From an uncultured Pseudomonadota bacterium (lineage in GTDB: Bacteria > Pseudomonadota > Gammaproteobacteria > Burkholderiales > SG8-39), in contig CAIKRR010000059.1 in the NCBI GenBank assembly GCA_903829815.1, positions 15,624-79,623 on the forward strand: a stretch of 64,000 nt of DNA, in the 5' to 3' direction. This document shows, piece after piece, positions 8,200-16,257 of the stretch. The notes beneath the pieces are model-generated. The model worked only from the letters and a program-made list of their open reading frames with translations, searched no databases and was not told the DNA's origin. A program made the position numbers and the translations under genes. Positions within the stretch are counted from its first letter, which is position 1. Every line of letters starts with the position of its first letter.

Positions 8200-10571
8200 C
8201 TCACCTCCTGCCCTGTGGCCTGCCGCGCCGCCTGAATGGCGCTGAACACGCGCTGTCCGGTGGCCGGCATCTCGACATGGCGCACCCCCAGATGGGCGAG
8301 CGCATCAACGACCGCATTGATGACAACCCCCAGCGCGGGGGTGGTACCGCCCTCGCCACCCGGGCGAATGCCCAGTGGGTGACTGGAACTGGGCACCTCG
8401 CTGATGCAGGTCTGGAACGAGGGAAATCCGTCAGCCCGCGGCATCGGATAGTCGAGGAAGGATCCGGCCAGCAACTGCCCCGAGTCCGGATCATGCACGC
8501 AATGCTCCATCAGGGCCTGCCCCACGCCCTGCACGATGCCCCCGTGGGTCTGGCCGTCGACGATCATCGGATTGACCGCACGCCCCACATCGTCGACCGC
8601 GGTGTAGCGCTCGATCGACACGACTCCGGTCTCGCCATCGACCGCCACTTCGCAGACATGAGCGCCATAAGGGTAGGCGGCCGTGTCGTTCACGATGTCG
8701 GAGACGGCAGCGAGCGCCGCCGGCGCAGCGTCAGTGGGACCGGGCATGGCCTGCGCGGCTCGAGCCACCTCGTACAGAGCCACGGCACGATCGGTACCGC
8801 TCAGATGGAATCGGCCAGCCTCGAAGCGCACGTCGGCTGCGCTGCATTCGAGCAGACGCGCTGCGAGTTGCGTGCCTCGTTCGATGATCTCGCGGCTTGC
8901 GTTCCAGATGACGATGCTCGCCTGGCGCATGCCGCGGCCGGAATGCGTACCGCCGCCCACGGACACGAACGCGGTATCACCGGTGCGAATCACCACCTCA
9001 TCGAGGGGAACACCGAGCCACTCGCTGATCAGTTGGGCAAAGGTGGTGTCATGACCCTGCCCGGTCGATACCGTTCCGATCACGACCTCGATCCGACCCT
9101 CGGGACAGACCGTGACCTCGGCCCGTTCGCGCGGCGCACCGGTAGCCGTGTCGACGTAATTGGCGACCCCGATGCCCAGCCAGCGGCCGTTCGCACGCGC
9201 GGCAGCACGTCGCGTCTCGAAGCCGGCCCAGTCGCCCAGCGCCAGGGCCTGCTCCATGGCATCGGCGTAGTTTCCGTTGTCGTACACCATCCCGAACGGG
9301 TTTCGATACGGCAGTTCGTGCGGCGCGATGAGGTTGCATCGGCGCAGTTCCACCCGATCGAAACCGCATTCGCGGGCAGCCAGATCGATGAGGCGTTCCA
9401 TCACGTACATCACTTCCGGGCGTCCGGCACTGCGGTAGGGCCGGGTCGGTGGCGTGTTGCTCACCACCGCTCGGGCGCGGAAGTGCACCACCGGTACGCG
9501 GTAGAGGCTCGACATGATCTCGACCCCCTTCTGCAGGGGCTGGAAATTGCCGGTGCAGGCGCCCAGATTGCCCACATTCGATCCGCGCATGGCGAGGAAC
9601 CGGCCCTCGGCATCCAGCGCGAGGTCGGCGCTCACCGCAAGATCGCGCCCCTGGTAATCGCTCACGAAGGCCTCGTGGCGCTCACATGTCCACTTCACCG
9701 GTCGGCCAATGCGCCGCGCCGCCCATGCGGTCAGCACACACTCGGGGGTGATCATCCCGCGTGCCCCGAAATGGCCGCCCACATCGCCGATGACGACACG
9801 AACTCGATCGGGCGTGACGCCCAGCACCGTCGCAAGATCGTTGCGCAGGCGTACCGCGCCGCTCGAACAGGCGTAGAGCGTGTACTGCCCGGTTGCAGCG
9901 TCGAAGAGGCCTGTGGATGCACGGGGCTCCAGCGGCATCGCGGTGACCCGCTGAACCTGCGTCTCGAAGTGCACCACATGGGCGGCCCGCGCAAAGGCGG
10001 CCCGGGTGGCAGCCTCATCACCGAGCACCGCATCGAGGCAGACGTTGGAAGGGGCTGCGTCATCGACCCGGGGCGCATCCGCACGCAAGGCCTCGAGCGT
10101 ATCGGTCACCGCCGGCAGCACCTCGTACTCGACCTCGACCCGCTCGGCAGCATCGCGCGCCTGCGAAACCGAGTCGGCCAGCACCATCGCCACCACCTCG
10201 CCGCCAAAGCGTGCCTTGTCATGCGCGATGACCTGATGCGGCACGACCCGGTAGGGTGTGCCGTCGCTGTTGGCCATCGGAATGTCGGCCGTCCCGAGAC
10301 CGAAGGGCGTATGCGGGATCGGACCGAGCCCGTCGGCCCTGGCATCGGCACCGGTGAGGACAGCGATCACGCCCGGGCAGGTCATGGCGGCCCGCGCATC
10401 AACCGACCGGATGCGCGCATGAGCATGCGGTGAACGAACCATCACCGCGAAAGCCTGACCCTCGAAACGCCAGTCGTCGCTATAGCGACCACCCCCGGTG
10501 GTCAAGCGTGCGTCTTCACGACGCGGAACGGACTTGCCGATGCCGGACGAGGACACGCTCATGGCGGTCAT
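8196..10571 (-). CDS. xanthine dehydrogenase/aldehyde oxidase family molybdopterin-binding (large) subunit, CoxL-like
   Basis: 791 aa from the ATG at 10571 (MTAMSVSSSGIGKSVPRREDARLTTGGGRYSDD...). Contains PYRSAGRPE and a C-terminal GGEGGTTPA motif. The 1065-aa track ORF upstream of 10571 is a spurious extension. Confidence 0.85.
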   Translation of the reverse strand: MTAMSVSSSGIGKSVPRREDARLTTGGGRYSDDWRFEGQAFAVMVRSPHAHARIRSVDARAAMTCPGVIAVLTGADARADGLGPIPHTPFGLGTADIPMANSDGTPYRVVPHQVIAHDKARFGGEVVAMVLADSVSQARDAAERVEVEYEVLPAVTDTLEALRADAPRVDDAAPSNVCLDAVLGDEAATRAAFARAAHVVHFETQVQRVTAMPLEPRASTGLFDAATGQYTLYACSSGAVRLRNDLATVLGVTPDRVRVVIGDVGGHFGARGMITPECVLTAWAARRIGRPVKWTCERHEAFVSDYQGRDLAVSADLALDAEGRFLAMRGSNVGNLGACTGNFQPLQKGVEIMSSLYRVPVVHFRARAVVSNTPPTRPYRSAGRPEVMYVMERLIDLAARECGFDRVELRRCNLIAPHELPYRNPFGMVYDNGNYADAMEQALALGDWAGFETRRAAARANGRWLGIGVANYVDTATGAPRERAEVTVCPEGRIEVVIGTVSTGQGHDTTFAQLISEWLGVPLDEVVIRTGDTAFVSVGGGTHSGRGMRQASIVIWNASREIIERGTQLAARLLECSAADVRFEAGRFHLSGTDRAVALYEVARAAQAMPGPTDAAPAALAAVSDIVNDTAAYPYGAHVCEVAVDGETGVVSIERYTAVDDVGRAVNPMIVDGQTHGGIVQGVGQALMEHCVHDPDSGQLLAGSFLDYPMPRADGFPSFQTCISEVPSSSHPLGIRPGGEGGTTPALGVVINAVVDALAHLGVRHVEMPATGQRVFSAIQAARQATGQEVR

Positions 10572-10853
10572 CGCAACCCCGCCGCAACGGGCGCGCAAAA
10601 CGGTGCGCGCAGCCACGCGTTCCTCAAACGAACATTCAGGCGGTACGTCGGGCAGACCATCGACATGTCTCCAGCAAGGCAGGGCGACCGGTTCTGGTGC
10701 CGGTCGATCAGTCTGCCGCCGCAAGGCGCGCCGCAGACCGCAAGGTGAATTATGCAACCTGGAGGGCCACTCGGCATGCCGGATGGCCTCAGTGCATGGG
10801 GTGCCTGCGCTGGTATGCTTGTGAAGATGATTGCCCGACACAGGGAGAACTGC

Positions 10854-11738
10854 ATGAATGCATCTGCAACGCCGATGGGCGCGAGTCCGACTGCCAGGCT
10901 CGACACCTCCCCCCTCTCCGAGGCCCTGGGCATCGCGGTACATGGCATCGACCTCTCGCGACCGATCGAGCGCGAGGTGGCTCTCGCGATTCGCGCGCTG
11001 CTCTACGAGCACTGCGTACTGCTGGTGCCAGGGCAGCATCTGGACGAAGCGACCCAGATCCGCTTTGGCGAGTACTTCGGCGAACTGGGTCACACACTGG
11101 GCGACTACGGCCTCAACAACCGTACCCACCCGGCGGTGATGTACGTCACCAACGAGAAGGAGAACGGCCAATACGTCGGAGCCCTGCCCGATGGCGAGAT
11201 GTTCTTCCACTCCGACCGCTGCTACATGCCGCAGCCGACCCTGGCCACGATGCTCTACGCCATCGATATCCCTTCGCGGGGCGGCAACACGATCTTTGCC
11301 AATCAGTACACCGCCTGGGACACACTGCCCGATGCCATCAGGCAGCGCATCGAAGGCCGCGAGGCGATGAACACCTACGACCCGGGCATTCACGCCGACA
11401 ACACGGCACCCGTAAGCCAGACGGCTCCGTCAGCCAAGGCCTTGCGCGCCGCGCATCCGCTGGTGAAGGCGCACCCAGCCACCGGGCGCAAGGCGATCTA
11501 CGCCAATCGCCTCATGACCGAATACATCGTGGGCATGCCACGCAGCGAAAGCGACGATCTGCTGGCAGCCCTCTTCGCCCATCAGGAGCGGCCGGAACTC
11601 TGTTACGAACATCGCTGGACGCTCGGGGACACGCTCATCTGGGATAACCGCTGCGTGTTGCACGCACGCACGAACTTCGACCCAGGCGAGGCGCGCAAGC
11701 TGCGCCGCGTCGTGGTCAATGTGGAGCGGGCGCTCTGA
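10854..11738 (+). CDS. TauD/TfdA-family Fe(II)/2-oxoglutarate-dependent dioxygenase
   Basis: Start at ATG 10854 with GGGAGA upstream. FFHSDRCY (HxD), GGNTIFAN, distal His in CVLHART, and RKLRRVVV. Confidence 0.8.
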   Translation: MNASATPMGASPTARLDTSPLSEALGIAVHGIDLSRPIEREVALAIRALLYEHCVLLVPGQHLDEATQIRFGEYFGELGHTLGDYGLNNRTHPAVMYVTNEKENGQYVGALPDGEMFFHSDRCYMPQPTLATMLYAIDIPSRGGNTIFANQYTAWDTLPDAIRQRIEGREAMNTYDPGIHADNTAPVSQTAPSAKALRAAHPLVKAHPATGRKAIYANRLMTEYIVGMPRSESDDLLAALFAHQERPELCYEHRWTLGDTLIWDNRCVLHARTNFDPGEARKLRRVVVNVERAL

Positions 11739-11759
11739 GCTGAACCGGGCACCGCCCGT

Positions 11760-11794
11760 GGCCCTGCCCTGTGAGCGCCCTCCAGGGCAGGGCC
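11760..11794. terminator. 12-bp-stem GC hairpin between convergent genes (possible bidirectional terminator)
   Basis: ggccctgccctg (11760-11771), 11-nt loop, cagggcagggcc (11783-11794): a perfect inverted repeat. A third ccctgccct copy follows at 11800-11808. No clear U-tract. Confidence 0.45.
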
Positions 11795-11806
11795 GCAAAC
11801 CCTGCC

Positions 11807-12727
11807 CTAGAGTCGGTCGGACAGGAATCGCAGCAAGCGCGGCGCGAGGAAACCATTGTGGCTTCCCACCTCATCGACCGGATCCCAGATCCAGAAGTGC
11901 GGTGCTGCCTGATGAACCACCGTTCGAACGTAGAAACCAGCCTGCTTCAAGGCGATGAGAAACGCTTCCGACTGCGAGACCGGATCAACGATATCGTCGG
12001 CCGTGCCCCAGGTCAGCAGGAACGAGGTGCTCGCGTTGTCGATGGTGGTGTAGGTCAGTGGCGAGGCCTCATGAAAGCGACGCCGGTCCTGAGCCGGACT
12101 CACGCCGAGGAACCCCTCGGTGATGTTGTCGCGTGGCCGATGAATCTGATCGTGCTGCCATTGCGCCACCATATCGTAGACGCCATAGGCAGCAACCACG
12201 GCCTTGACCTTCGCGCTCACCTGGGCATGAGGATCACCCGGATAGGCACTCGTCCAGAGCGGCGAGTCGGCCGTCAGCGCCACCAGTGCAGCGAGATGCG
12301 CCCCAGCCGAATCGCCCATGAGCGCGATACGGGCCGGATCAACACCAAACTCGTCAGCTCGCGCGCGCACCGCCTGGATGGCGGCACGCACATCATGGAC
12401 CGCAGCCGGGTAGAGGTTCTGACGACCCTTCACCAGACGGTAGTCGACCGATACCAGCACATAGCCACGCTGCGCCAGCCACTGGCCCCAGCGTGCATAA
12501 GTGGCAGCATCGCCAATCTTCCAGGCACCGCCATGCAATCCGATCACGGCGGGATGACGTCCGGTCGAGCGCGGGGAATAGACATCGAAGTTCAGTGCCA
12601 CCCCATCATGGACAGCGTACTGCACGGCTTTGCGCACAGTCACCTCCTGTGTCTCACCGATCATTGGAAAAAGGCTTGCGCAAGCAAGCAGCAAGGCAGC
12701 GCTCGCACGTCGCATGAACGTCATCAT
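11807..12727 (-). CDS. secreted alpha/beta hydrolase (esterase/lipase-type, HGGAW...GDSAGA)
   Basis: AGGAGA 5 nt upstream of the ATG at 12727. Signal peptide MMTFMRRASAALLLACASLF. HGGAW oxyanion motif and GDSAGA nucleophile elbow. Confidence 0.8.
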   Translation of the reverse strand: MMTFMRRASAALLLACASLFPMIGETQEVTVRKAVQYAVHDGVALNFDVYSPRSTGRHPAVIGLHGGAWKIGDAATYARWGQWLAQRGYVLVSVDYRLVKGRQNLYPAAVHDVRAAIQAVRARADEFGVDPARIALMGDSAGAHLAALVALTADSPLWTSAYPGDPHAQVSAKVKAVVAAYGVYDMVAQWQHDQIHRPRDNITEGFLGVSPAQDRRRFHEASPLTYTTIDNASTSFLLTWGTADDIVDPVSQSEAFLIALKQAGFYVRTVVHQAAPHFWIWDPVDEVGSHNGFLAPRLLRFLSDRL

Positions 12728-12870
12728 CCTGTCTCCTGCCAAGAGAGCGTGCTCGAAGGGGCCCCGCTGCCGTGGAGTCTACCAGCGCCCCTCGGGTTCG
12801 CATCGTCAGGGTTTGCATCGCCTTGGCCGGGCCGATACGATCGCGCGATCGCACGCCTGGAATCCGCCCC

Positions 12871-13365
12871 ATGACTTTTTCGATCGAAGCACTGTTCACC
12901 TGCCCGACCGCCGGCGCTCCGATGCAGAGCCAGAGTCGCGTCAAGGTCATCGCTGGTGTGGGCATCGAAGGTGACCGTTACGCTGCCGGCGTGGGCGCCT
13001 ATTCGTCACTCGAACCGATCAAGCGGCGCGACATCACCTTCATCGCTCTCTCTGGCATCGATACGGCCAATGACTGGCAGACCGGGGCTGAACGCCCCTG
13101 CTTTGCCCCAGGCGAGACACGCCGAAATGTGGTGCTCTCGGGCATCAGTTCCGGCGAACTCAATGACCTCGTCGGTCGGGCGTTCAGCGTCAACGGTGTT
13201 CGCTTTATGGGTCTGGACCTGGCGGTACCCTGCCCCAGGCCCGGGCAACTCACCGGCTATGCCGGATTCGAAGAAGCGTTTGAAGGTCGAGCCGGTCTGA
13301 GGGCGCTGGTGCTCGACAGTGGCGAACTGAAGGTCGGCGATGAGGGAGAAGTGGCGTCGGGCTGA
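12871..13365 (+). CDS. MOSC-domain protein
   Basis: 164 aa from the ATG at 12871: VIAGVGIEGDRYA...GETRRNVVLSG...VPCPRPGQL, a MOSC-like pattern. Confidence 0.65.
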   Translation: MTFSIEALFTCPTAGAPMQSQSRVKVIAGVGIEGDRYAAGVGAYSSLEPIKRRDITFIALSGIDTANDWQTGAERPCFAPGETRRNVVLSGISSGELNDLVGRAFSVNGVRFMGLDLAVPCPRPGQLTGYAGFEEAFEGRAGLRALVLDSGELKVGDEGEVASG

Positions 13366-13405
13366 GGACAGGGCCAGGCAGGCTGACCCGTCCATCGCCG
13401 CCCGA

Positions 13406-14434
13406 TCACTCGAGCCGGATATCGGCAAAGCGCACCACGCGCCTGAAGGTCTCGATATCAGCGCGCAAGAGGGCCATGAGTTCTCGCCCATCACCGGTGA
13501 GCCCATCGATGCCGGCTGCCGCCATCTTCTGCCGCATCTCGGGTTGATCGAGAATCTGACGCACATCGGCGCCAACCCGGGCGAGGACCTCGGGCGAGGT
13601 AGCAGCCGGGGCCATCACGCCGTACCAGACATCGACCGCGTAGTCGCGCAGAGAGGCGATGCCCGACTCGCGAAAGGTCGGCACTTCGAGCGCCGCAGGC
13701 GAGCGGTTGCGTGCTGTCAACGCCACCGCACGAATGCGGCCGGCGCGCACTTGTGGAATCGCCACATTGGCACTCACCATGGCAAGCCCTATCTGCCCGG
13801 CGAGCACGTCGGCGAGGGCCTGCGAACAGCCTCGATAAGGCGCGTGCGTGACGCGCACGCCGGTCTGGCTCTTGTAGAGCTCGGCCGCAAAATGTTGCGG
13901 GCCACCGAGGCCGCATGAACCGTAGGCCTGCCGGTCGGGGTTCGTGCGCAGATATTCGGTCAGCGAAGCCAGATCGGTAGCGGGTATCGTGCTGCCAGCG
14001 ATGAGCATCATCGGGGTCGAGGCCACCAGCGCAATCGGGGCAAAGTCACGCGTCACATCGAAGGCCAGGCGCGGGTTCATCGCCGCATTGGTTGCCGCCG
14101 CGTTGTTCATCAGGACGAGGGTGTAGCCATCAGCCGGTGCCCGCGCCACCGCTTCCATGCCGATATTGCCACCGGCGCCGACCCGGTTCTCGACCACCAC
14201 CGGCTGATTCCAGCGCTCACCCAGTCGCTGACCGATGAGACGCGCCATCACGTCGCTGGCACCCCCAGCCGAGAAGGGCACGATGAGACGCACCGGGTGC
14301 GCCGGATACTCGCCCGCTGCAGTCGTTGGAGCAGTCTGGCCCCACACTGGCCCGATGAGCGCACACGAGAGCCCGAAGGCAACGAGCGCGACACCGGCAT
14401 CGCGCCGCACGAGCGAACGGCGCCGGGCCGTCAC
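13406..14434 (-). CDS. Bug/TctC-family substrate-binding protein
   Basis: YPAHPVRLIVPFSAGGASDVMARL...VVENRVGAGG...APADGYTLVL. The GTG start overlaps the stop of the upstream MBL gene (GTGA). Confidence 0.85.
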   Translation of the reverse strand: MTARRRSLVRRDAGVALVAFGLSCALIGPVWGQTAPTTAAGEYPAHPVRLIVPFSAGGASDVMARLIGQRLGERWNQPVVVENRVGAGGNIGMEAVARAPADGYTLVLMNNAAATNAAMNPRLAFDVTRDFAPIALVASTPMMLIAGSTIPATDLASLTEYLRTNPDRQAYGSCGLGGPQHFAAELYKSQTGVRVTHAPYRGCSQALADVLAGQIGLAMVSANVAIPQVRAGRIRAVALTARNRSPAALEVPTFRESGIASLRDYAVDVWYGVMAPAATSPEVLARVGADVRQILDQPEMRQKMAAAGIDGLTGDGRELMALLRADIETFRRVVRFADIRLE

Positions 14435-15315
14435 GACCGGACCTCACCCGTGAAGACGAAATCGAAATGCGACCGGTCGCGCACGATACGTCCCACCGAG
14501 GGTGCCGGAAAGTGGGCGGTGAGGATCTGCGTAGCGGTGTCGGCGAATCGCTCGCACAGAGCCACGCGTACCCGACTCGCCTCGACCGGATCTTCGCAGT
14601 AGGCGCTCGGCATGGCCGGCTCACGCAATTGAAAAGGGTGATGCAGGATGTCACCCGTGAGTACCCCGTGGTGACCCGCATCCTCCACATGGATGAGAAC
14701 GGTACCAGGCGTATGCCCGGACGCGGGTTCGAGGCAGAGACCGCCTTCGAGCCGGTGTGACATGCTCACCATGTCGGCCTGACCTCGAGCCACCACGGGC
14801 AGCACGCTGTCGGCAAACGAGCCGTGATTGAGGCCCGCACCCTCGGTCTCGTAGCGCCGCGCCCAGTGCCGGTATTCGACCTCGGCCATCAGGTAGCGTG
14901 CGTTCGGGAAGGTCGGAACCCACTGTCCACCCTCGAGACGCGTGTTCCAGCCCAGGTGGTCGGCATGCATGTGGGTACACATCACCCTGTCGACGCTCTC
15001 GGGGCTCACGCCAAGCGCGGCCAGACGCTCGAGCCAGTTGGTATCACGCTGGTGCCAGTCGGGCCGCGCCGGGCGGTCCTTGTGATCACCGATGCAGGTG
15101 TCGACGAGAATGGTAAGGCCGTCGCGGCGCAACACCCAGGTATGAAAGCTGATGAGCAGTTCGAGCGTGACCGGGTCGATGAACCGGGGACCAAGCCGGT
15201 CTGCGTGCTCGCGCAGCATGGCCTGACTGAGTTGCGGGAAACCGCGGCCCGCCGGCAGCCTCACCGGGTCGATGTCGGCCAGGCGATCAACGCGCCAGTG
15301 TCCAAGGTTCAGCAT
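14431..15315 (-). CDS. MBL-fold metallo-hydrolase
   Basis: HxHxDH motif in CTHMHADHLGW, with downstream His/Asp ligands (SGHTPG, TGDILHH). Start at ATG 15315 (MLNLGHW) or 15360 (MITPLDSK). The track extension to 15528 is unlikely. Confidence 0.8.
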   Translation of the reverse strand: MLNLGHWRVDRLADIDPVRLPAGRGFPQLSQAMLREHADRLGPRFIDPVTLELLISFHTWVLRRDGLTILVDTCIGDHKDRPARPDWHQRDTNWLERLAALGVSPESVDRVMCTHMHADHLGWNTRLEGGQWVPTFPNARYLMAEVEYRHWARRYETEGAGLNHGSFADSVLPVVARGQADMVSMSHRLEGGLCLEPASGHTPGTVLIHVEDAGHHGVLTGDILHHPFQLREPAMPSAYCEDPVEASRVRVALCERFADTATQILTAHFPAPSVGRIVRDRSHFDFVFTGEVRS

Positions 15316-15410
15316 CGGCAAGCACCCCTGATCGCGCTTTGAATCGAGGGGTGTGATCATAGCCGAGCAGGCGTCGGTCAACCGACGGGCGCTGCGTGCG
15401 CCTTCGTTGG

Positions 15411-15431
15411 CAGGCGTTACTCCACCGTGAC
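15411..15431. repeat. left direct repeat (displaced copy of the glmS stop-codon region)
   Basis: caggcgttactccaccgtgac against cagggttactccaccgtcac at 17690-17709. The 12-nt core TTACTCCACCGT is identical. Overall 19/20 aligned positions match, plus a 1-nt indel. Confidence 0.7.
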
Positions 15432-15890
15432 AGGATAAGCATGGTCGGCAGCAGAGTCTACCCCGCTGCCCCGAGACTTTTTTGCAGCTGTCTCCCCCAC
15501 CCGTTCCTCCCTGTTCGACCAGAGACACGCACCGCCATCATCGTCCGGGTCCCCTGCGTCCGTCGAGGGATGCTGATCGCCGGAAGGGACGGCAAGCAGG
15601 CGAGCGACCGTCTCAGAGAACGTCACCTCGACACGGTGCTTGTTCGTTGACGGGTCGAAGTGCGCCGTGATGGTTGTGATCATCTTGGTGACGACAACCT
15701 TCTTTTCTTCGTCTGAAAGCAGATCGATCTGCTCCAGCGACATCCAAGTGATACCGTCAATCAGGCGCCCATCCCGCTCATGGTGTTCATGGTGTTCGGG
15801 ACCGACTCCATCGCATGACACCGGGGATCGGTCTCGGATTTGCTGCAGGAGAGGCTTGGTGGGAAATAGTGCTGCCCTAAATATTCTCAC
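15417..15890 (-). CDS. hypothetical protein (157-aa ORF from GTG; possibly about 108 aa from ATG 15743)
   Basis: No recognisable domain. The core (MSLEQIDLLSDEEKKVVVTKMITTITAHFDPSTNKHRVEVTFSETVARLL) shows G/C-rich third codon positions. The acidic, low-complexity tail ends in VTVE plus stop, which belongs to the duplicated glmS end. Confidence 0.35.
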   Translation of the reverse strand: MRIFRAALFPTKPLLQQIRDRSPVSCDGVGPEHHEHHERDGRLIDGITWMSLEQIDLLSDEEKKVVVTKMITTITAHFDPSTNKHRVEVTFSETVARLLAVPSGDQHPSTDAGDPDDDGGACLWSNREERVGETAAKKSRGSGVDSAADHAYPVTVE

Positions 15891-15905
15891 CGGTCATGTG
15901 ACCGG
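15890..15905. promoter_or_regulatory. palindrome CCGGTCA-tg-TGACCGG between divergent small ORFs (candidate operator)
   Basis: Perfect 7-bp inverted repeat with a 2-nt spacer, in the 46-bp gap between the starts of ORFs 15417-15890(-) and 15937-16137(+). Confidence 0.3.
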
Positions 15906-15936
15906 CAACCCAAAGAAAAAAACAAGGGATCAGGAT

Positions 15937-16137
15937 ATGACAAAGCAAATCAAATTGATTGACCACTTCGCCAAAGTCAATGAGAACTACAGCACCACCA
16001 ACTGCCAAAACGGCTATGTTGTAGATGTTTCAGGACAGGACTCGAGTAAGGAGTGGATCAACGCGAAGTTCGTCTTCAAGACAATTGATGAGTTGAAGGA
16101 CGTTGTTCAGGATTTGGCGTGGATGCCAAGGACTTAA
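15937..16137 (+). CDS. hypothetical small protein (66 aa)
   Basis: ATG preceded by AAGGGATCAGGAT. Protein-like sequence MTKQIKLIDHFAKVNENYSTTNCQNGYVVDVSGQDSSKEWINAKFVFKTIDELKDVVQDLAWMPRT. About 40% GC. A strong hairpin lies downstream. No family recognised. Confidence 0.5.
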   Translation: MTKQIKLIDHFAKVNENYSTTNCQNGYVVDVSGQDSSKEWINAKFVFKTIDELKDVVQDLAWMPRT

Positions 16138-16200
16138 GGGGGTCAGTTTGTGAGTACCTCAAAGCGTGACTTAAATTTAAACCTCATTTATGACTGATGA

Positions 16201-16238
16201 AGCAAAGAAACCCACCGTGACCGGTGGGTTTCTTTGCT
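16201..16238. terminator. bidirectional intrinsic-terminator-like hairpin
   Basis: Perfect 17-bp stem agcaaagaaacccaccg / cggtgggtttctttgct with a 4-nt loop. The 3' arm is T-rich in both orientations. It sits between the convergent 66-aa ORF and the WbsX-like gene. Confidence 0.7.
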
Positions 16239-16257
16239 GGGAACGACCGGATGGTAA

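Noticed and set aside
7968-10433. 821-aa plus-strand ORF antisense to the Mo-hydroxylase gene
   Set aside because: This is a typical high-GC shadow ORF. The composition is Arg/Gly/His/Ala-rich with no motifs, and the ORF lies entirely opposite a gene with strong family signatures.
10572-11393. N-terminal 274-aa extension of the 1065-aa track ORF. Similar extensions occur on ORFs 6105-7424, 19535-21151, 40727-41818 and 62409-63803.
   Set aside because: The family-typical N-termini, signal peptides or RBS-associated internal starts lie downstream. The extensions overlap divergent genes or promoter regions and look non-coding.
15427-15435. 9-bp direct repeat gtgacagga, also at 17619-17627, considered as possible island boundaries
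   Set aside because: A 9-mer match within these search windows is roughly chance level. The ~20-bp repeat anchored on the glmS stop explains the boundaries better.
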